12,401 nucleotides of DNA from a virus. Lineage: Duplodnaviria; Heunggongvirae; Uroviricota; Caudoviricetes. Under the pieces are notes generated by a model. That model had not been told where the DNA came from, searched no databases, and saw nothing but the letters and a program-made list of their open reading frames with translations. Shown in pieces: positions 7,630-12,401 of the stretch. The DNA lies in IMG/VR virus record IMGVR_UViG_2597490253_000016. One strand, written 5' to 3'. Position numbers and translations under genes: made by a program. Numbering within the stretch: the stretch's first letter is position 1; the number at the start of each line of letters is the position of its first letter.

Positions 7630-8609
7630 TGGTCAGCCTTAGCCAGTGCCTGGGCCGTTTCCTGCAGAGAGGTGATCATGACATCCAGCGCATCCGCTTG
7701 TTGAAAGATATTAACACAGCGTTGACGAAACTCCTGAGCATCTTCTCCCGCCATTGCGGCAATAAATGCTTGCGGCATAACAAGAGCATCTTTAATCAGA
7801 TCGGCAAGGTCAAAAACAAGCCCGCCGCGACGTGTCTTACCATGCATTACAGCTAAACCGTGCGGGATACCTGTTACCCACGCCGCCACTGCTGCCAGTC
7901 CATAAGCCAGATAATTCCCTTGATCGAGGAAGCGGTTGGCCATATCGATACCACCGCCCCGTTTTGCGCGAGTGAAATCGCCATACCCCACGGTTTGACT
8001 GACCATTTTGTATAACGCTTTAGTCAATTTGGCCTCAACGAGCATAAGCTGCGTATGGTTTTCTGCCGCGTCTATTTCTTCACAAGTACGATTCAGGAGG
8101 GTATGCAGCGCATTAACATCAGGTTGAAATGCGTGTTCACGCAGCATTTTCGAGCTGGACCAGTGCTTATCGATATGTGTCAGGCGGATTAACTGAAAAC
8201 GTTTCGCGGCAGCAAGTCGTTTGTCTTCAACAAACCAGAAAGAAACCCACTGCTGGAGATACTCTGTAGGGCGATATTCACTTTGTGGGCTGAGCCAGGA
8301 GACATCAACATCCACTTCATTTGCTGAATACAGCGGCGTGCCATCCGTACCACAAAAGCCTACCATCACCCCGGCATGAGCAAATTCACGCATCGCCGCC
8401 TGGGTAACGGAAGTTCCCATTCCCAGCATCAACGCCGTGGTATTCGCAATGGGGATATTCCAGTAGTACGACTCTTTACCTTCGCTGGTAACATACTCCA
8501 CCCGCCCACCATTCACCTGTACCCGGCATTTTTCCAGATAATAAATATTGGCGCGTTTGGAGTGGAGAATGGTTTTGAGATCGGAAGGCGTAAGGTAATT
8601 CGAAGACAT
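7626..8609 (-). CDS. cas1: Cas1 integrase (type I-F)
   Basis: Protein contains LKTILHSKRANIYYL, RVEYVT, YWNIPIANTTALMLG, FCGTDGTPL, SWLSPQSEYRPTEYLQQWV, NRFLDQGNYLAYGLAA, GIPHGLAVMHGKTRRGGLVFDLADLIKD, strongly Cas1(I-F)-like. Start placed at the second ATG (8609-8607), which has AGGA 5 nt upstream; the ORF-track start at 8615 (2 codons longer) is an equally possible annotation. Confidence 0.92.
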   Translation of the reverse strand: MSSNYLTPSDLKTILHSKRANIYYLEKCRVQVNGGRVEYVTSEGKESYYWNIPIANTTALMLGMGTSVTQAAMREFAHAGVMVGFCGTDGTPLYSANEVDVDVSWLSPQSEYRPTEYLQQWVSFWFVEDKRLAAAKRFQLIRLTHIDKHWSSSKMLREHAFQPDVNALHTLLNRTCEEIDAAENHTQLMLVEAKLTKALYKMVSQTVGYGDFTRAKRGGGIDMANRFLDQGNYLAYGLAAVAAWVTGIPHGLAVMHGKTRRGGLVFDLADLIKDALVMPQAFIAAMAGEDAQEFRQRCVNIFQQADALDVMITSLQETAQALAKADQ

Positions 8610-8781
8610 AAACACATCCTGTGATTATTTTATATTTGAAGGTATTGGGCTTAGTACAGCATTGATTTATGTGCTGAAAATTGATTTCCATCGCAATTAT
8701 TACGATTGTTATTGCGTGCTAACGCTAATGGTTTGAAGTTGAGAGTGTCATTGCACGACCAAACGTCTAACACTATCGTAG
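8610..8781 (-). promoter_or_regulatory. AT-rich region between the array's terminal repeat and cas1; probable cas operon promoter/regulatory region
   Basis: About 170 bp non-coding and AT-rich with short direct repeats (ATTGATTT twice, ATTATTACG/ATTGTTATTG). No confident -35/-10 assignment could be made by eye. Confidence 0.3.
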
Positions 8782-9289
8782 TGTGAATACTGCCTGTACG
8801 GCAGTGAACAAGGAGAGACGGTCGCACTCTTCAACGTTCAGTTTCTAAGCTGCCTGTACGGCAGTGAACTGGCGGCAGGAGGGAGGACTGCTGCGCCATC
8901 ATTTCTAAGCTGCCTGTACGGCAGTGAACGCAGAGATTGAGCCATTCCCCGCAGCCGTGCTTTTCTAAGCTGCCTGTACGGCAGTGAACCCGCGCGGCTG
9001 AAATTGAGAGCCTCCGGCTGATTTCTAAGCTGCCTGTACGGCAGTGAACCAATAAAATATCAAAGGCGGTTTTATGCTGGCTTTCTAAGCTGCCTGTACG
9101 GCAGTGAACTTGTGCCTGTTTTATGCGGGCGCTCTGGTTTCTTTCTAAGCTGCCTGTACGGCAGTGAACACGCTGCGCAGTACCCTGACCGGTGCGAACG
9201 TTTTCTAAGCTGCCTGTACGGCAGTGAACGGTTTCGCCTCAATGATCTGCATATGGCGTCATTTCTAAGCTGCCTGTACGGCAGTGAAC
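8782..9289 (-). CRISPR. Type I-F CRISPR array: 9 repeats (8 identical 28-bp plus 1 degenerate terminal) and 8 spacers of 32 bp
   Basis: Plus-strand unit TTTCTAAGCTGCCTGTACGGCAGTGAAC, i.e. minus-strand GTTCACTGCCGTACAGGCAGCTTAGAAA (canonical I-F repeat). Repeats at 8842-8869, 8902-8929, 8962-8989, 9022-9049, 9082-9109, 9142-9169, 9202-9229, 9262-9289. Terminal repeat 8782-8809 reads GTTCACTGCCGTACAGGCAGtATTcAcA in crRNA sense (degenerate 3' end), which fixes the orientation: leader at the high-coordinate end, transcription toward cas1. Confidence 0.97.
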
Positions 9290-9437
9290 TCAAATACTAC
9301 ACGTTTAGCCCGTTGTTAATAAAGCAAAACCATCTCAATCTCCTGCTGCCACCCTTTTTTATCCTTACCTACCCGCAGCACTAATTATCAATAACTTAGC
9401 ATCATCATTAAAAAAAGGGTCTGAACCTCCTCCCCCC
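9290..9437 (-). other. Putative CRISPR leader
   Basis: AT-rich non-coding stretch between the first (leader-proximal) repeat and the clpA terminator. Orientation inferred from the degenerate terminal repeat at the opposite end. Confidence 0.55.
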
Positions 9438-9478
9438 ATAAATAAAAAGTCCGTAACCCCTGACGAGATCACGGACTT
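9438..9478 (-). terminator. Putative Rho-independent terminator of clpA
   Basis: Minus-strand 8-bp stem AAGTCCGT/ACGGACTT (9471-9478 pairing with 9447-9454) with a 16-nt loop, followed by TTTATTTAT; 23 nt after the clpA stop. Loop is long; not folded computationally. Confidence 0.5.
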
Positions 9479-9501
9479 AACCAACCTACCTGACAATCAG
9501 A

Positions 9502-11778
9502 TTAATGCGCTGCTTCCGCCTTGTGCTTTTGTGCACTCTGGAATCCGTAAGTCAGCTCATTTTTCTCTTTATCCAGCGCGACGGTGACCTGACCGCCGTC
9601 CACCAGCGAACCAAACAGCAGTTCGTTGGCGAGCGGTTTTTTCAGGTTGTCCTGGATGACACGCGCCATCGGACGTGCGCCCATTGCCCGGTCGTAACCT
9701 TTCTCGGCCAGCCAGTTACGCGCTTCCTGGCTCACTTCCAGAGAAACACCTTTCTGATCCAACTGAACCTGCAACTCGACGATGAATTTATCCACCACCT
9801 GATGGATCACGTCGGTTGACAGATGATCGAACCAGATAATGTTGTCGAGACGGTTACGGAATTCCGGTGTAAAGATCTTCTTGATCTCTTCCATCGCATC
9901 GGTGCTGTTATCCTGGTGGATAAGACCAATGGATTTGCGCTCGGTTTCACGTACCCCCGCGTTAGTGGTCATCACCAGCACCACGTTACGGAAGTCCGCT
10001 TTGCGTCCGTTGTTATCGGTCAGTGTACCGTTGTCCATCACCTGCAAGAGGATGTTGAACACGTCCGGGTGCGCTTTCTCGATTTCGTCCAGCAGCAGCA
10101 CCGCATGTGGATGCTTGATGACCGCATCAGTCAGCAAACCGCCCTGATCAAAACCAACGTATCCCGGAGGCGCACCAATCAGACGGCTGACGGTATGGCG
10201 TTCCATATACTCGGACATATCAAAGCGCAGAAGCTCAATGCCCAACGCTTTCGAAAGCTGTACCGTCACCTCTGTTTTCCCGACCCCAGTAGGGCCGGCA
10301 AACAGGAACGAACCGACCGGTTTATGTTCGTGACCTAAACCTGCACGCGCCATCTTAATGGCTTCAGTCAGCGCCTCAATGGCTTTATCCTGACCGAAGA
10401 CCAGCATTTTCAGGCGATCGCCGAGGTTTTTCAGGGTATCGCGGTCACTCTGAGAAACACTCTTCTCTGGAATGCGTGCAATACGGGCCACCACGGATTC
10501 AATATCCGCCACATTAACGGTTTTCTTGCGTTTGCTTACCGGCATCAGACGTGCGCGAGCGCCCGCTTCGTCGATAACATCAATCGCTTTATCCGGCAGA
10601 TGACGATCGTTAATGTATTTCACCGCCAGCTCTACCGCCGCACGCACCGCTTTTGCGGTATAACGCACGTCGTGGTGCGCTTCATACTTCGGTTTCAGGC
10701 CATTGATGATTTGAACAGTTTCTTCGATTGACGGTTCAGTAATATCAATTTTCTGGAAGCGACGCGCCAGAGCACGGTCTTTCTCAAAAATGTTGCTGAA
10801 CTCCTGATAGGTTGTCGAACCAATTACGCGGATTTTACCGCTGGAGAGCAACGGTTTGATCAGGTTAGCCGCATCGACCTGGCCACCAGACGCTGCACCC
10901 GCACCGATAATGGTGTGGATCTCATCAATAAACAGGATGCTATTAGTGTCTTGCTCCAGCTGCTTGAGCAACGCTTTAAAACGTTTTTCAAAGTCGCCGC
11001 GATATTTTGTGCCCGCTAACAGAGAACCGATATCGAGAGAGTAAATCGTACAGTCAGCCATCACTTCCGGCACATCGCCCTGAACAATTCGCCATGCAAG
11101 CCCCTCCGCAATCGCGGTTTTACCGACACCAGACTCCCCCACCAGCAGCGGGTTGTTTTTACGGCGACGGCAGAGAACCTGAATAGCACGCTCCAGCTCC
11201 TTCTCACGACCAATCAGTGGGTCGATTCCGCCCACTCGCGCAAGCTGATTCAGGTTCGTCGTGAAATTCTCCATACGTTCCTCCCCACCAGCTTGTTCTT
11301 CGCTGTTTGGCTGGCTGCCAGGATCAGAAGACTGTGTCGGCTCGTCTTTACGCGTGCCATGAGAGATAAAGTTCACCACATCAAGACGGCTGACTTCATG
11401 TTTGCGCAACAGATATGCCGCCTGCGACTCCTGTTCGCTAAAGATAGCGACCAGAACGTTTGCACCGGTAACCTCATTGCGACCGGAGGACTGGACATGG
11501 AAGACCGCACGTTGCAGTACACGCTGAAAACTCAGCGTCGGCTGTGTGTCGCGCTCCTCTTCACTGGCAGGCAGAACGGGTGTGGTTTGTTCAATAAAGG
11601 CTTCCAGTTCCTGACGGAGCGCAACCAAATCCACAGAACACGCTTCCAGCGCCTCCCGGGCAGATGGGTTACTGAGCAGCGCCAGTAACAAGTGCTCGAC
11701 GGTCATAAACTCATGACGGTGCTCGCGCGCTCTGGCGAAAGCCATATTTAAACTGAGTTCCAGTTCTTGATTGAGCAT
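9502..11778 (-). CDS. clpA: ATP-dependent Clp protease ATP-binding subunit ClpA
   Basis: Protein [35 protein letters not shown]... with two AAA+ modules (GESGVGKT and GPTGVGKT Walker A motifs), matching E. coli ClpA (758 aa) as I recall it. Start placed at ATG 11778-11776 with GGAGG Shine-Dalgarno; the ORF-track TTG at 11793 adds 5 residues and is rejected. Stop TAA at 9502-9504. Confidence 0.97.
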   Translation of the reverse strand: MLNQELELSLNMAFARAREHRHEFMTVEHLLLALLSNPSAREALEACSVDLVALRQELEAFIEQTTPVLPASEEERDTQPTLSFQRVLQRAVFHVQSSGRNEVTGANVLVAIFSEQESQAAYLLRKHEVSRLDVVNFISHGTRKDEPTQSSDPGSQPNSEEQAGGEERMENFTTNLNQLARVGGIDPLIGREKELERAIQVLCRRRKNNPLLVGESGVGKTAIAEGLAWRIVQGDVPEVMADCTIYSLDIGSLLAGTKYRGDFEKRFKALLKQLEQDTNSILFIDEIHTIIGAGAASGGQVDAANLIKPLLSSGKIRVIGSTTYQEFSNIFEKDRALARRFQKIDITEPSIEETVQIINGLKPKYEAHHDVRYTAKAVRAAVELAVKYINDRHLPDKAIDVIDEAGARARLMPVSKRKKTVNVADIESVVARIARIPEKSVSQSDRDTLKNLGDRLKMLVFGQDKAIEALTEAIKMARAGLGHEHKPVGSFLFAGPTGVGKTEVTVQLSKALGIELLRFDMSEYMERHTVSRLIGAPPGYVGFDQGGLLTDAVIKHPHAVLLLDEIEKAHPDVFNILLQVMDNGTLTDNNGRKADFRNVVLVMTTNAGVRETERKSIGLIHQDNSTDAMEEIKKIFTPEFRNRLDNIIWFDHLSTDVIHQVVDKFIVELQVQLDQKGVSLEVSQEARNWLAEKGYDRAMGARPMARVIQDNLKKPLANELLFGSLVDGGQVTVALDKEKNELTYGFQSAQKHKAEAAH

Positions 11779-11808
11779 AGGCACCTCCCCCAATTTTTAT
11801 GCCTGCAT

Positions 11809-12129
11809 TCAGGCTTTTTCTAGCGTACACAGCAATGGATGCTCATTCTCCCTCGCGTACTTGTTCACCATCGCCACTTTGGTTTCTGCAACCTCAGCGG
11901 TAAAGACTCCGCAAATGGCCTTCCCCTGGTAGTGAACAGCGAGCATCAATTGCGTTGCACGTTCTACATCATAAGAAAAGAATTTTTGTAACACGTCAAT
12001 AACAAACTCCATCGGAGTATAATCATCATTGACTAATATCACTTTATACATAGATGGCGGTTTTAGCGCGTCGCGAACTTTTTCTTCCGCCAGTTGATCA
12101 AAGTCCAGCCAGTCGTTCGTTTTACCCAT
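11809..12129 (-). CDS. clpS: ClpS, ClpA adaptor / N-end rule recognition protein
   Basis: 106-aa [54 protein letters not shown]..., matching E. coli ClpS; located 15 nt upstream of clpA in the conserved clpS-clpA operon arrangement. Confidence 0.96.
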
Positions 12130-12401
12130 TGTCAGTTATCATCTTCGGTTACGGTTATCGGCAGAACGCCCTGCCGCTGACAAGAGCTTATTTGCCTGAC
12201 CAATTTACTCCACATGATAGATAACTATCATCTATCGTTAGCATCAGCGACATCTGTCACATTCCTGTCAATAGCGTTAACTGCTTCAAATTTTTGATTC
12301 ATACCTGCCCCCTGGCCCCTGTCAAATGCTTGACGGCTCGCCCTAATTCTCTAAATTGTATTTCTAGAGTTGGCGAGGTTGTGAACAGCCCCCTCTCTGA
12401 C

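Noticed and set aside
8831-9384. ORF-track ORFs inside the CRISPR array (8831..9052 -, 9072..9293 -, 9112..9384 +) with repeated peptide motifs
   Set aside because: The periodic peptides (HCRTGSLE, SLPYRQLR, FLSCLYGSE) are simply translations of the 28-bp repeat in different frames; this is an array, not coding sequence.
11779-11793. ORF-track N-terminal extension of clpA starting at TTG 11793 (MGEVP...)
   Set aside because: ClpA begins MLNQELELS...; the ATG at 11778 has a GGAGG Shine-Dalgarno at correct spacing and gives the canonical 758-aa protein.

Overview
This window is an Escherichia coli-like chromosomal segment carrying a complete type I-F CRISPR-Cas locus between tRNA-Ser(GGA) (serW-like, + strand) and clpA-clpS (- strand). 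All cas genes lie on the minus strand in the order cas1, cas2-cas3 fusion, csy1/cas8f, csy2/cas5f, csy3/cas7f, cas6f, preceded by a CRISPR array of 9 repeats and 8 spacers of 32 bp next to the clpA 3' end. Two things stand out. First, csy2/cas5f carries an in-frame amber stop at 2547-2549, so the interference complex may be defective. Second, the unusually long cas3-csy1 intergenic region (4067-4395) holds a degenerate, oppositely oriented two-repeat mini-array on the plus strand whose spacer matches a CC-PAM-flanked site about 100 bp away in a seed-only pattern; I interpret this as a candidate crRNA-like regulator (CreR/CreA-type), unverified. All calls rest on reading the sequence and on recalled family knowledge; no database search or folding was run.
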